Positions 48,301 to 59,865 of a stretch of DNA of 64,000 nt are shown here, piece by piece; the stretch's first letter is position 1, and every line of letters starts with the position of its first letter. The notes below the pieces were generated by a model, which was not told the origin of the DNA, did not search any database, and worked only from the letters and a program-made list of their open reading frames with translations. A program made the translations under genes and the position numbers. Origin of the DNA: Antedon mediterranea (taxonomy: Eukaryota; Animalia; Echinodermata); contig NC_092670.1 in the NCBI RefSeq assembly GCF_964355755.1, forward strand, positions 38,118,388-38,182,387, read 5' to 3'.

Positions 48301-50981
48301 AATTTTGCTAAGCGTGGTTCTAATGTTAGAAATGACATTTTCTTTCCAAGATCAGTAAGGTCTTGAGAATCATTACTAACAGCTCCTAGAAACTCTAGCA
48401 TTTTCAAAGCTTCTCCTAACGCACCATCTTGAGGAGGCTGAACAAATTCAAAGTGTTTCAAATCTTGAATACCAAGCTGAAGAAGTTGTAGAACAGCCAT
48501 TCCAAGGTGCACTCTTAAAATTTCAGGTTTGTTGTTTGCTTCCATCTCATCGTAATCCTGTTCTGAATATAGTCTGAAACATTCACCAATTGATGTTCTA
48601 CCTGCTCGTCCTTTTCTTTGCTCAGCAGATGCTTGGCTAATTGTTGTCACTTCCAACAAACTCATATTCTTTTTTGCATCATATTTACGCTCTTTGACCA
48701 TTCCGGTATCAATTACATACCTTACGCCATTTATAGTGACCGACGTTTCTGCTATATTTGTAGAAAATACTATTTTCCTTTTACCAGGAGGAGGTGCACT
48801 GAATATGGCCATTTGATCTTGTGGTTGTAATTTACCATGGAGAGGAAGTATTTGAGCATTTCCATTATCACCTACGATTCCAAGCCGTTTAGCAAGATCT
48901 CCACAAGCTCTTTCTATTTCATTTGCAGATGTCAAAAATACCAAGATATCACCAGGTTTCTTTGTCTCATGTATCATTTGTGCCATGTCTACTGCCTCTT
49001 TCACATAATTGGTTTTAACATTAAAGTCGATATCACAGAAGTTTGTTTCTACAGGAAATACTCTGCCAGGAATCTTCATGTATGGACAATTACTGAAATA
49101 TCTACAAAAAACCTTTTCATCAATTGTTGCAGATGTTATAACAATTTTCAACTCTGGTCTCTTAGCAGAAACTTTCTTGAGAAGGGCAATCAAAATATCT
49201 GTGTCAATAGAACGTTCATGAGCTTCATCTATGACAACGCAGGAATAGCTTTTAAGCAACGGATCCTGTAAAAGACTGTTAAGAAGAACTCTATCGGTCA
49301 TGAATGTTACAACCGTGTTCAAACTTGTTTTTCGTAGAGAGCCAACCATATAACCAATTTGCTCTCCAACCTCACAGCCATACTCCTCAGCAACTCTTTT
49401 TGCAAGAGAAATAGCAGCAACCTTTCGAGGTTGTGTACAAGCAATCTTAGTCTCAACATTACTGGAAAACAGAAAATTTGCATCTGCTAAGTATTGTGCG
49501 ATTTGTGTACTCTTGCCAGACCCAGTTTCTCCTAAAATAACGCATGCATTATTCTTGCCATTAAACACTGTTTCTATAATATAACTCCGGAATGCATATA
49601 TAGGCAACGGGTTGTCTGCTTTTCTGATTTCACGCCATAGTTCATTTCTGATCTTCCCAACAGTCTCTATGTTGACTGCTTTTTCTATTTCATTTTCCAA
49701 ATATTTAGTAAAAATCATCAACTGACTTCTAAACAAGTTTAATTGATTCTGTTTGAACATAAAGTCTTGCCTTTCAACTTCAATTCTTTCGGCTTCTTCA
49801 ATTGGAATGAAATTGTGTTTACGACTGCTGTTTATCTTCGTAACATCATCTTCCAGTTGGTTGATTTCGCAGTTCCATTTATACATGATGGGTGTTATTT
49901 TTTCTTCAATATCCTTTTGCAGATTACGTTTCAGATCTTTGAATATCGCATCTTCGATTTCTACATCATGCTCTAGTAGTCTAAGATCTAACATCTTCCC
50001 CTTGTAATGCACTCCATAAAGTCTTCTTAAGGCATTAATTGCTGAAGTACGATTTCTGTACAAAAGCGTTGCTCTATCGTTTCTTATTTTTATCTTACAT
50101 AACTTTTCTTGGCATATCTCTGGGTTTGTCAGTAATGCAGCTAAGTCTCCCTCTTGAGTTTTTGGTGGAAGATTAGTAATTTCAAGGCATTTTGCATCTT
50201 CAAAATTCATTGGTGGTTCCTTGGGACATAGAGGAATATTCATTGCTCTATGCTTGATTTGACTATGCGGGCGACCATGTTTAGCAAAATGCATTGGTGG
50301 TTCCTTGGGACATAGAGGAATATTCATTCCTCTATGGCTGCTGGTATGACTATGCATGCAATCATTTTTAGCAAAATGCATTGGTGGATCCTTGGGACCT
50401 AGAGCAATTTCCGTTGCTCTATGCCTGGTATGACTATGCATGCGATCATCTTTAGCAAAATGCATTAGTGGTTCCTTGGGACATGGAGGAATATTCATTG
50501 CTCTATGCCTGATATGACTATGCATGCGATCATGTTTAGCAGTGAGATCACTTGATCCGAATTCTTCATTTACACCCATTATAGAACTTGAATTAACTGT
50601 AAAATTTGTTTCAACCAGTTGAATGCACCGATTGGCTTCTTCTCTCGATTTAACCTGCACATTGATATCAGAAAATGGTTTTGCAGTTTCACTGTTTCGA
50701 AAGCTGAATGAGGTATATTTTATGGAATTGTTGTCAAATAATTTTATAATTTGTGCATCAGAATTTGGAGGTATTTGAACACCAGTAAAGCAAATTACCG
50801 TTGGCTGTTCAACGGTTTTTGTAGCATTGGGATGATATCGAGAGACAGATCGCACTCGCCTAGTAGTAGTAGGTTGCTCTTTTACAGTTCTAGAATCTCT
50901 AGAACGTGATCTACCATGATGCTGTTTCAAATGGTTTTCCCGATGCTTTCCAGATGAATGATCTGATTCGGAGTTGCGCAT
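45336..50981 (-). CDS. RRM / DEAH-box RNA helicase / KH-RRM / RING1-IBR protein (plant DEAH11/12-like), 5646-nt main coding exon
   Basis: GETGSGKSTQ, TQPRKVAA, DEAH, SAT, TNIAETSVTI, QRKGRAGR; HA2/OB region; RNP1-like KNFGFVNC; RING1 CGVC..CGHNYCRECL..C..C; IBR CITPNC..CPLCNQQFCTKC..H...C; acceptor at 50992-50993, ATG at 50981, donor gtaagt at 45335. Confidence 0.93.
50203..50541 (-). repeat. Coding tandem repeat, 4 x 84-87 bp (28-29 aa, His/Pro/Met-rich)
   Basis: AKHDRMHSHIRHRAMNIPPCPKEPLMHF-like units. Confidence 0.92.
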
Positions 50982-51164
50982 CTTGTATAACCTGTAATTC
51001 AAATGTAACAAATAAAAAAATGTTTCAAAATACTAACAACCATGATAATTCTTACCTACCTACCTACTTGCAATGTAGGAGTCACCATCATCCTACTCTA
51101 GCTCAATAATGATACAGCACCAGTAGTACTATTACTGGGGCCTATTGTAATACCCTAACTGTAG

Positions 51165-52705
51165 CAGTGGCGTAACAGGCGGGGGGGCAGGGGGGGCGGA
51201 ATACCCCCCTGGCGGATATTACCGGGTTGAGAAGCATTCGATCGGGCTGGGTAACAAGTAAAAAAAATAAAATAAAATACAAAGAAGGGATAGAAGAAAG
51301 AAAATATAAGATAAGAATAAAATATACGATATATGATATGGCTTCAAATGAGTCACAGTACAGTATGATATTCAAGTAAGATGATATGAAATACACAAAA
51401 TCCTGACTGACAACTCGTGGGAAGACGCACTGCTTATCAGTACATTAACATGCGGTCAGTTGACTGTGGTTTTTGGCGTCTTTTATCTAAGCCGCCATCG
51501 CGGGCATCTCATACACAATTGTGACGCTGTGCTGTGCGTGTGAGGCCACCTTAAAAAAATACACTCCTACTAATCGTATGTAACGCGCTAGCGATCAGCA
51601 AAATGAACGTACTTTCGTGGCTGGCTGTCACTCCAATACTCAATCTTTCACAGGCATACTAACACAACACTACGATTGTTTACTACAGGTCTAGTCAAGC
51701 CTTAATAAATTTAATTAATATAAATCGACATAAGAATATAAAGTATATTTTAACTAAAATATAAAAACCTAACACTAAATTTACAAGATAAATTCTATTT
51801 GATAACTGCTGAACATCGTGGCACAGAGCATAGTTGTTTGCTTGACATAAAAGGGTATTCCCCATCACAGGTCTCTGCGTGCGTGTGACGTGCCCAGCCA
51901 GCTGCTTGATAGTATAGAGAGAAAGCATGCAGCTCACGCAAGTGCAAGATGCAATGGTTGAGTGAATTCAGGGATCACCTTAATTCCATGGTTTGTTACC
52001 TAAACACCACATGATGGTGAATATGCCTGTTAAAGTCTCAATGATACGATCCCTTAATGTACCATGTTGTTGTTGTTAGGAGGCTTAAAGGGAGGAGGGA
52101 TCTAGCCTAGTTTCGGTCGGCAAGAGAATGCCTTCCTCTGACAATTTAAGGTCGGCAATTGAAATTCGTGGGCTGGAAATTTCACCAAATTATATAGTTC
52201 ATAAACAAAAGAGTTTAGCCGGAAATGCGATTTGCGGCCATACATAGGCCTATAGAGAAAAAAAAATTCGAGGGTATGGTTCCACTAAACAATTTAACGA
52301 TCCACCCCGCCGTCAAACCTGGTTACGGCCCTGTTTCAGTCTTCTAACCGGAAAAATTACTACCTTTGCCAGGTGCGGATCCAATGTTAGATTGGGTTTT
52401 CACATGTTCAAATGTTATGTCACCTGAGTTTTTAACGGTGGAAAATGTACGATCATTTTGCTGATTGCTGTGCAATAAATGGGAGTGTTATTTCCAGGCC
52501 AACTACTACTAGTTAGGCGCCATTTATCATGAATTTTATGTGCGAGAGTACCATTTCCGACGATCTAGGGGTGTCATTTACCAAAATTCGCTTCGCCACA
52601 GCCCCCACCATGGGGGGGGGGGGGGGCTGTGGCTCAAGTACTTGGTGTCTGGAAGGATTTTCCCCTCTTTGCCCCCCCTGACAAGACCCCCTTGTTACGC
52701 GGCTG
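51165..52705. mobile_element. Non-autonomous hAT-type DNA transposon (1541 bp)
   Basis: CAGTGGCGTAAC...GTTACGCGGCTG termini, G/C-rich subtermini, exact 8-bp TSD AACTGTAG (51157-51164 and 52706-52713). Confidence 0.85.
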
Positions 52706-52740
52706 AACTGTAGGTTTTAAAAATAAAATTATTTTCTTAC

Positions 52741-52945
52741 CTGTTAATTAGTAATTAGTACCACGTACGTTTATACTGTAATAATTGTTGTGGAACAGTT
52801 AGTTTCTTCGTTTTATTTGCATTAGAAACATTAATTTATAATACAGTAATGAAAACTGCCAGCAGTAATTGCAGACTTTTGGAATTTCCAAATTCTCAAA
52901 ATCTGGTAGTCCTCATAACACAAAACTATAGGTGGCGCTATTTCA
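52741..52945 (-). promoter_or_regulatory. Putative non-coding first exon and promoter of the helicase gene
   Basis: Strong minus-strand donor CAG|GTAAGA at 52740; the main exon starts at an acceptor just before the ATG; CTCF-like AGGTGGCGCTA at ~52930. Confidence 0.4.
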
Positions 52946-53504
52946 TCTGACTTAATAGTACCATTTTCTGTATTATATATACAGTATTTAATTAGTTACA
53001 TTGGTATTATTTTTCAGCTTTCGTTGAAAATGTTCTCTTCTCTTCTAATCTAAATAACAGCATTTTTTTTTAACACATTTTTTTTTAATCCATTTTATTT
53101 AACTGCTGCTTGAGAAATACTTACAACTAACAGTAGCATATAATGTAGTACAGAAATAACAGTAGTTATGGAAGGGTGTACTGGGAATGTGGAATAGAAT
53201 CTGCATACCAATGGCCGCGACCTCTGACCGCGCACGCGTAATATCAAACACGTACACGTCACACAGATCCACTGACTGCTGATCATAGAGAACACTCTTT
53301 TACTGAAGAGGCTACCCAGTATAAAGAAATAATATTTATTTATTTATTTTTTTAAATTTAAATAAGTTTTCATCACTTATCAAATAAATGGCGGAAAACA
53401 TCGATCGATTCACTTCATCATCATATATATTATTAGCGCTCCTTCATTTCAGAGAGTCTGCATTTCAGAAAGTCTGCACATCTGCCCCTTGATGAAACCC
53501 AGGT

Positions 53505-53593
53505 CTACAGTTTCCCATTCTTTTTCTTTCTATTCCTTCTTTTTTTAATAGCTGTGGGGTTTTCTCCTACCTTCTTGTTCACAGTAGTCACAT
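53505..53593 (-). CDS. ICE2: ICE2/NARG2, last exon (basic KKRRNRKKK tail)
   Basis: ccatag acceptor, in phase, TAG stop. Confidence 0.75.
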
Positions 53594-53707
53594 CTATGGA
53601 ACAATATAGATAGAAGATACATTTGTATTTAAAGAGAGAAACCAGGATGCTAAAATAAAAACAATTTAAAAAGTAAAATGGTAAAGAAAAAAAAAAGCAA
53701 TATTTAC

Positions 53708-53943
53708 CAGTGTTTGGTGGAAATGTTGCCGGTATCCTAAATAGATCGGTATGTTGTTTGAGTGGTTGATTGGTATCTAATGGTAACCATGGGTGGTTTG
53801 TAGCCCCATACTGCCCTAGATGGTGTTTCTGGTGACATGTGTGAAGGTCATAGGAGCTCTTTGTAGCAGGTTGTGTATTCTGATATATGCATGCATGAAG
53901 ATCACCCGTGTTATGGGATAAAAGATATTCGCTTTCTGAAAGG
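53708..53943 (-). CDS. ICE2: ICE2/NARG2 exon
   Basis: YLLSH..D....IY...YDLH...PWLPLD...RIPATFPP matches the NARG2 C-terminus. Confidence 0.88.
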
Positions 53944-54029
53944 CTAAACAAAATGATTTACAATTATACAAGAATTTCTGCCTACTAAATGTCTAGTCTA
54001 ATACAGATCTTTTCTTCTTAATCTCTGAC

Positions 54030-54123
54030 AAACTCTGTCACTATCAAACTAGTTTTACACAAAAAAAGTGTGATGTGTGTACCAAATATATATTTTGTCA
54101 AGTTTGATAGTGTAGACAAAGCT
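54030..54123 (+). mobile_element. MITE family A, internally deleted copy
   Basis: CACTATCAAACTAGTT...AGTTTGATAGTGTAGACAAAGCT. Confidence 0.8.
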
Positions 54124-54381
54124 TTAATTTTATTTATTAATTATATTTCAATCTTTCTATTAAGCTAAAGTTAAATTAGCTCTTGGAAAAAAACCCCAAT
54201 TGTTTAGGTTATCGTTATGGGAATCTTACTAACATTTTCTCCAGAGCCACAATTCTTTATTGCTTAATCCACACATCACACTACATACAACGTCAGAAGT
54301 CAAGTACAATTACATAATGAGGAAGCTGGAACATGCAGCCAAACTTCCTCTCTTTTAAATAGTGACATTTTAAAATCTTAC

Positions 54382-54432
54382 CTATACATATTTTTTAGAC
54401 ATGAATGCAACATTTTCATAGATTGTCCAGGA
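54382..54432 (-). CDS. ICE2: ICE2/NARG2 51-nt exon
   Basis: tacag acceptor and gtaaga donor, phase 2-2, PGQSMKMLHSCLKNMY. Confidence 0.8.
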   Translation of the reverse strand, partial: SWTIYENVAFMSKKYV

Positions 54433-54561
54433 CTGTAAATAAACATAACAATTATGAATATGACTGTAGAAGTGAAATAATTAATCAACCAGGTATTTCT
54501 GTACACTTCTGTTTCATGGTTTTGTGTTTTTACCATTATTTACTAAAAAAATCCAACTCAC

Positions 54562-54646
54562 TTGAATGGAACCAAAGGATTTAAAACATTATTTAAATCA
54601 TTATATTCGAACTTTAAAAGCTCAGATGTGAAGACATCGATCCGAC
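54562..54646 (-). CDS. ICE2: ICE2/NARG2 exon
   Basis: GRIDVFTSELLKFE (NARG2_C); AG and gtgagt. Confidence 0.88.
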
Positions 54647-54835
54647 CTGTAATTAGAATTAAACACAAATCAAGTGGTTCAGATGACTTGTTCTTTGGTG
54701 GCAGCACAAAACTTGAAGGGACCCTTAGAGGAGAAGAAAATTGTGAGTGTGTCGTCCACACCTGTGTCCAATTAAGACCAGTAGGCTTCAAGTCGCAGGT
54801 TATTCCCCCCATTTACAAGTATTACACTAATTTAC

Positions 54836-54965
54836 CTCTGGCTAATTGAGCTCCAGGTGTGAGAAACAGCTTCAACCATCCACAACATACCTCACTAACT
54901 GTCAACATCTCATGGCCAAATATAGCCTGGTATTCCAATTTGGGTTGAATATGTAATGGAACTTC
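54836..54965 (-). CDS. ICE2: ICE2/NARG2 exon
   Basis: PKLEYQAIFGHEMLTVSEVCCGW, hallmark of NARG2_C. Confidence 0.9.
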
Positions 54966-55042
54966 CTGGCAACCGAAAGAAAGAAAGACATATAAACACA
55001 TAAACTTTTCATAAATGATAAAAACAATTTTAGAACACAACA

Positions 55043-55132
55043 CAAATATGGTAGTGATATGACATCATCATGTCCATATATGGTCACATCACATTTTTTT
55101 ATCACATAAAGTTTGATAGTGTAGACAGAGCT
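55043..55132 (+). mobile_element. MITE family A, right half
   Basis: CAAATATGGTAGTGATATGAC...AGTTTGATAGTGTAGACAGAGCT|TTA. Confidence 0.85.
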
Positions 55133-55168
55133 TTATATACAATAAAATGAGAATAGAGGAAGACTGAC

Positions 55169-56652
55169 CTGTTGTGTTTTATCAGTTGTTGACCTGCCAT
55201 CAATTTGAGATTTTACAAGAATTTTGAATTTACCAAAACTCCATAAACTATACATGTGTTCTGCCTCATCAGTAATTGATGGTGATTGGGCATTTGATTT
55301 ATCTTTACCATCACATTCAATGTTCCCAGAAAATTGTTTTATACATTCTTGATGTTTTGTAACAGGTGCATTTTCGGTTACAGCACAATTGGGGGATTCT
55401 TTTGAAATTTTCAAATTGGAGTTATCTGTTGCTAAATTATTATTAGAAGAAGTCCTTTTTGGGGGATTCTTAGGCAACACTAAAAGCACATCTCTGTCCT
55501 CTTTGTCTGGTGACAGAGGTGTCTGTTCTGTTGATTCATCACTGAATCGATTAGAATTAACTACATCATTGTCTGCTGACACTGTGGAGTTTTTCTTCTG
55601 CTGTCCATTTTGCAGCTTCAAACTTTCTTGAGACGTCTCACAAATTCCTTTAAGTCGCTTACTTTTTAACAGTGTAGACCCATCCAGTGTATTGGTCAAT
55701 GCTTGAGCCATCACAATTTGACTCTGGTTTGTATTAATATGAGATTCTTTGCCTTCATTTTCTTCAACCTCTTTCCTTTTTCTACTTCTCGTCACAATGC
55801 TTTTAGGAGAATCTTTCTCAATGATGTCGCTTGGTTGTGACGGACTCATGAACTTGTTTTTATTTGATTCATCATTACTACTGGAGTCAAGAGCTATCAC
55901 CAGTTCATGTTCAGTATCACTGCTATCACTAATAAATGGTTTATCTTTGATGACCAATGTGTCAGAGTTCTTTTTTGGAACTTGAAATATGACATCACTG
56001 CCCTCTGGCAGAGATTCTTTTTTGTTTTGATCACTGAGATCCACGAGCTTCAAAGACATTTTACTATTTTGAAATTGATCTTTGGCACATTTAGAAGATA
56101 TTGAACTTGAAGCCACCAGATGATCACCAGGTTGGTGTACTGTTTGAACAAAGGTTCTATCAGATTCATGGCTTTCATTAGTTCTTAGTTTCACTTCTGA
56201 AGCATCATCTAGAATGCTTGAATTATCATCTGGGTAATCCTGAATCGAATCTAAACTTTCCTGACAACTGGTTAATGTCTTTTCTGCTAAATCATTCTCT
56301 TTTTCGTGTTTATTTTTCAATAGTTTCTGTGATATTTTATATTTGGTACTGCTTTTGAGTAATTTATCTTCATTTCCTTTTAAACAAGTAAATGTCTCTA
56401 GTTTGTTGATGTCATTCTCATTACCAAAATCAAATATTTCATCTGTTGTTGGTGAAGTATGTAATGATTTTATTGCGGTTTCCATTTTTCTTTCATCTGT
56501 TTCCGGTTTACTTTCTTTTGTATTTTTCCCAATGAAAAAATGTTTTAAAGCCTCCATGTGATACATGGTATTTTGAACTTTTGGCAGATACAATTTCTTC
56601 ATCAATGGAGTATTTATGACAATAACTTTCTTCTTAGAAGTTGAATTCTCCA
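55169..56652 (-). CDS. ICE2: ICE2/NARG2 large exon (mostly Ser/Asp/Lys-rich disordered)
   Basis: Begins KKKVIVINTPL..K, ends YSLWSFGKFKILVKSQIDG; ttcag acceptor and gtcagt donor; phase consistent. Confidence 0.88.
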
Positions 56653-56807
56653 CTGAAGAGCACAATAAAAGTAACATGTTTAAACAGTTTTAAATAATGT
56701 ACACATTACTTCTTATATTAATGTGTGTATATAATTTATCTAATCTAACCATTTTCTATGTAAAATCTGCAGCACCATTCCATCAGGAACACAAAATAGA
56801 GATGTTA

Positions 56808-56984
56808 AGCTCTGTCTACACCATCAAACTAGTTTGACAAATAAGTGTGGTGTGCCCAAATATGGTAGTGATATACCCAAATATGGTAGTGATATACCCA
56901 AATATGGTAGTGATATGACATCATGTCCATGTATGGGCACATCACATTTTTTGTCACATAAAGTTTGATAGTGTATACAGAGCT
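56808..56984 (+). mobile_element. MITE family A, copy with three 21-bp units
   Basis: TTA|AGCTCTGTCTACAC...GTGTATACAGAGCT|TTA. Confidence 0.9.
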
Positions 56985-57145
56985 TTAAAAAGCCAAAAAA
57001 CATGCATCTGAACTAATGGCAGATATATCAAGCCAGAAGGAACTCAGGGACACAAATGGCAGCACATTTTACTACAGTCATTATTAGAATCAGTCTAGCA
57101 TTAGATAGCAAGAATGTGCCAGTACCACTAACTAGGCCTACTTAC

Positions 57146-57290
57146 TTTGCACAGTAAATGGAATCTCCCACTGCTGTTCATAGTGTGGTGAGTGGTTATC
57201 AAGCATAGTAAGAAAGGCTTCGCTAGACACTATGAAGTCAACTGGGTGCTTGGCTACCAGGCTTGCTATTACAGGGTCAGAGGTCAAATC
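57146..57290 (-). CDS. ICE2: ICE2/NARG2 exon
   Basis: DLTSDP...LV.KH...SS.AF.T.LDNH.P.Y..QWEIPFTV, a conserved ICE2 block; donor gtaagt. Confidence 0.9.
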
Positions 57291-57332
57291 CTTAAAAAAT
57301 AGAGAATATATAAAAACCTTGGATTTGAATAA

Positions 57333-58577
57333 GGCCAAATAAAAAAACATACTTGTTAAGCGTCACCGCCCGCTCCCGATTATCCAGCGGCCTCTCTTTT
57401 TATTTTTTTTTTATTACGGAAAGTTCAGTGGCCCGGCCTCCAGAGTAGGGCTCGAAATTCACGCTAGCAAACTAGGATTTTGCTAGTAGATTCTTCATAA
57501 TTGCTATTTGAAAATTTCAAAACTAGCAAATGTTTGTTAGGCTAGTGTAATTTTTGAAAAATACGTACTTTTTAGCTTAGACAACGCTAGCCGCCGATCG
57601 CTCTATGTCGACAACGGCAATTTGGTGAAAACAATTGTTTCATTTACACGCCGCCGATTTACGTCAAGTAAACGCGAATAGCACCGTGAATCATGTAATG
57701 TGGTAAACAGCAAGCTTTTTCCCCAACACATTAAATCATGTGCATTTAGTACGTCGCTGAGGATTACATCATCAGTCACGTGATTACAGAATACGCGATT
57801 ATCAATTTAGGGATTTAACAAAATAAATATTTTGCCTACACAGTGGTCGAAGCGCGTTTTTTTATAGGTTCGTAAATAGGAAACACCCCATACATAATGG
57901 ACTCTACCAATTTTGTTTACGATGATCTCGCGCTCGAGATCGGCACACCACCACCACGAGGTCCTGTTGGGCGATGGGTTTCCTTATGCCTGGTTTACCT
58001 GTGGAATAATTACATACACTTTTTGCATCACAACTTTAAATACTGATTTACACAGCAATTGGCAAAGGATTCATCAAAGAAGAATGAATACGTTGAATAA
58101 AAATTCACTTAAAGCAAATGCCGTAAGCTGTTTTCAAACTATAAATCAGCCCACTATTTAGTATTATTGAGACCAAATCATGCTTCTCGCGATAGGGAAT
58201 TTCCTGGATAGATGAGTCGAGTGAGAGACGGCGGATGGCCGATGAGTGAGGTGGGGGTAGCAGCTTGGACGGATTAGTTAGCCTAGGGCCTACAATTTCG
58301 CTTGGTGGCAATTAAATTTAATGTTTTAATTACGTCTGGATATAAACAATACAAAACTCAATTTTGTCATAAGCAATAATATTTCATACAAGTCAATTTT
58401 GTTCTGTTTCGCATTTTAAAAGTTTGACGTTTCGTCCTAAAAAAAGTGGAGCAAAACGTCCACCGCGCAAAAATATACCTCTATAAAAAGTAAAAAAAAA
58501 AAATAAAAAAACCGTCCCCCCGCCCCTGAAAATTTATGAGGGTGTGACGCTTAACAAGTATATTTTTTTATTTGGCC
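57333..58577. mobile_element. Non-autonomous PIF/Harbinger-type element (1245 bp)
   Basis: ~34-bp TIR GGCCAAATAAAAAAA(C/T)ATACTTGTTAAGCGTCAC; TAA TSD on both sides; CpG-rich interior. Confidence 0.85.
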
Positions 58578-58649
58578 TAATACTACGAATGTGAAATAAA
58601 TGACCTCTAGTCAACAAGAAAGAAAAAAATTGAAATTGATGGTAGTTAC

Positions 58650-58763
58650 CTGGTAACAAGGAGAGTCAATTTTGTCCAAAATGTCTTTGTTGATACCTTG
58701 AGTCCTTGTAAAAGATTTGTAGCTGCTGCAAGAGGGCTTAGAAGTTGTTGCCTTGTTACCATC
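58650..58763 (-). CDS. ICE2: ICE2/NARG2 probable exon
   Basis: tgtag acceptor and gtaact donor, 114 nt open in phase 0-0; little recognisable homology. Confidence 0.6.
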
Positions 58764-58954
58764 CTACAGCAACCAACAACAATTTATATTAAACTAGAAA
58801 TACACTATAACATGCATGTATGACTATGTATCGGCTGAGGTATTCTGTACCTGTATTTTTCAGGAGATGTTTTACTTGTTAACGTTGCCAGATTGTTGTG
58901 ATAAATTTTCTCAAATAATATAACACTTAATTAATACATATTCATATCCTTAAC

Positions 58955-59157
58955 CAGGCCCTTGTCTTTTAAGGCGAGCGAGTGCGATCACTCACCTAGC
59001 ACACTCCTAAACTGCCCTTGAGGAGTGCGATTTACAACACGCTTAAATTTGGTAAACTTCTACACACCAACATACAAACAGCACACCTACAGCACCACTA
59101 AATGTATTGAGGAGTGCACTTTGTAGCACACCTATAATTTTCGAAAGACAAGGCCTG
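58955..59157 (+). mobile_element. MITE family D (CAGG termini, 6-bp TSD)
   Basis: CAGGCC(C)TTGTCTTT...AAAGACAAGGCCTG; CTTAAC on both sides. Confidence 0.85.
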
Positions 59158-59246
59158 CTTAACAAATAAATATTGAAAGTCAAGGTTGCCAGAATATGTG
59201 ATAAATGTTACCAAATAATATAACAATAATTAATAAATCTTCAAAC

Positions 59247-59384
59247 CTTGACAAATAAATATTGAATGAACCTCATGATGGAATCAGTTTTGTAGACGGC
59301 GCCCGCTTTTAAGCTGATTGTTTGTTGTAAAGTGTAATAACAAGGTACAGAACAGATACGCTTCAACGAGCATTCAAGGTATTT
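59247..59384 (-). CDS. ICE2: ICE2/NARG2 exon
   Basis: KYLECSLKRICSVPCYYTLQQTISL...; ttacag acceptor and gtttga donor. Confidence 0.78.
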
Positions 59385-59520
59385 CTGTAAGACACAATTG
59401 TCTAAAATCAGTTTCTTACTAATGTAATAAAATGTATTACATAATCCTTATCTTTAACGCATTTCAAACAAAAATGGACTGTACTGTAATCAAACCTAAT
59501 CGCATGGGTTAGTTCACTCA

Positions 59521-59657
59521 TTAGTCTTCACTATCAAGTAACTTTAATTAACAAAACAATGTGATGTGCCCATATATTGAAATGATGTCATATCACTACC
59601 ATGTTTGGGCACATCACACTTTTTTTTTCAAACTAGTTTGATAGTGTAGACAGAGCT
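59521..59657 (-). mobile_element. MITE family A, inverted copy
   Basis: Interior (CACTACCATGTTTGGGCAC) reversed relative to the other copies. Confidence 0.85.
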
Positions 59658-59709
59658 TTAGGCATCAGGTATGAAGCCCACTTAATACTGTCATATACTG
59701 ATTAAATAC

Positions 59710-59829
59710 CTTCATATACTGATTGACCTTTGAACTTGTAAATGAATAATCTTCAGGGTGTTGTAATGAAATTGACCTCAGGTAGTTCATAAACTCTTCC
59801 TGTTCTTGACCAACTTGCATCTGCAAAGT
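59710..59829 (-). CDS. ICE2: ICE2/NARG2 120-nt exon
   Basis: V..EQEEFMNYL......EDY; actag acceptor and gtattt donor. Confidence 0.85.
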
Positions 59830-59865
59830 CTAGTACAAAGTTCAGCATACTGCAACATTAGTCAA

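Noticed and set aside
45377-50007. Many short antisense or alternate-frame ORFs over the helicase (similar ones over Gypsy and ICE2)
   Set aside because: Shadow ORFs of long coding exons, with no motifs
41110-50981. RING-containing gene tail-to-tail with Rnd as a BRCA1 counterpart
   Set aside because: It has a C-terminal RBR and a helicase, with no N-terminal RING or BRCT; unrelated to BRCA1
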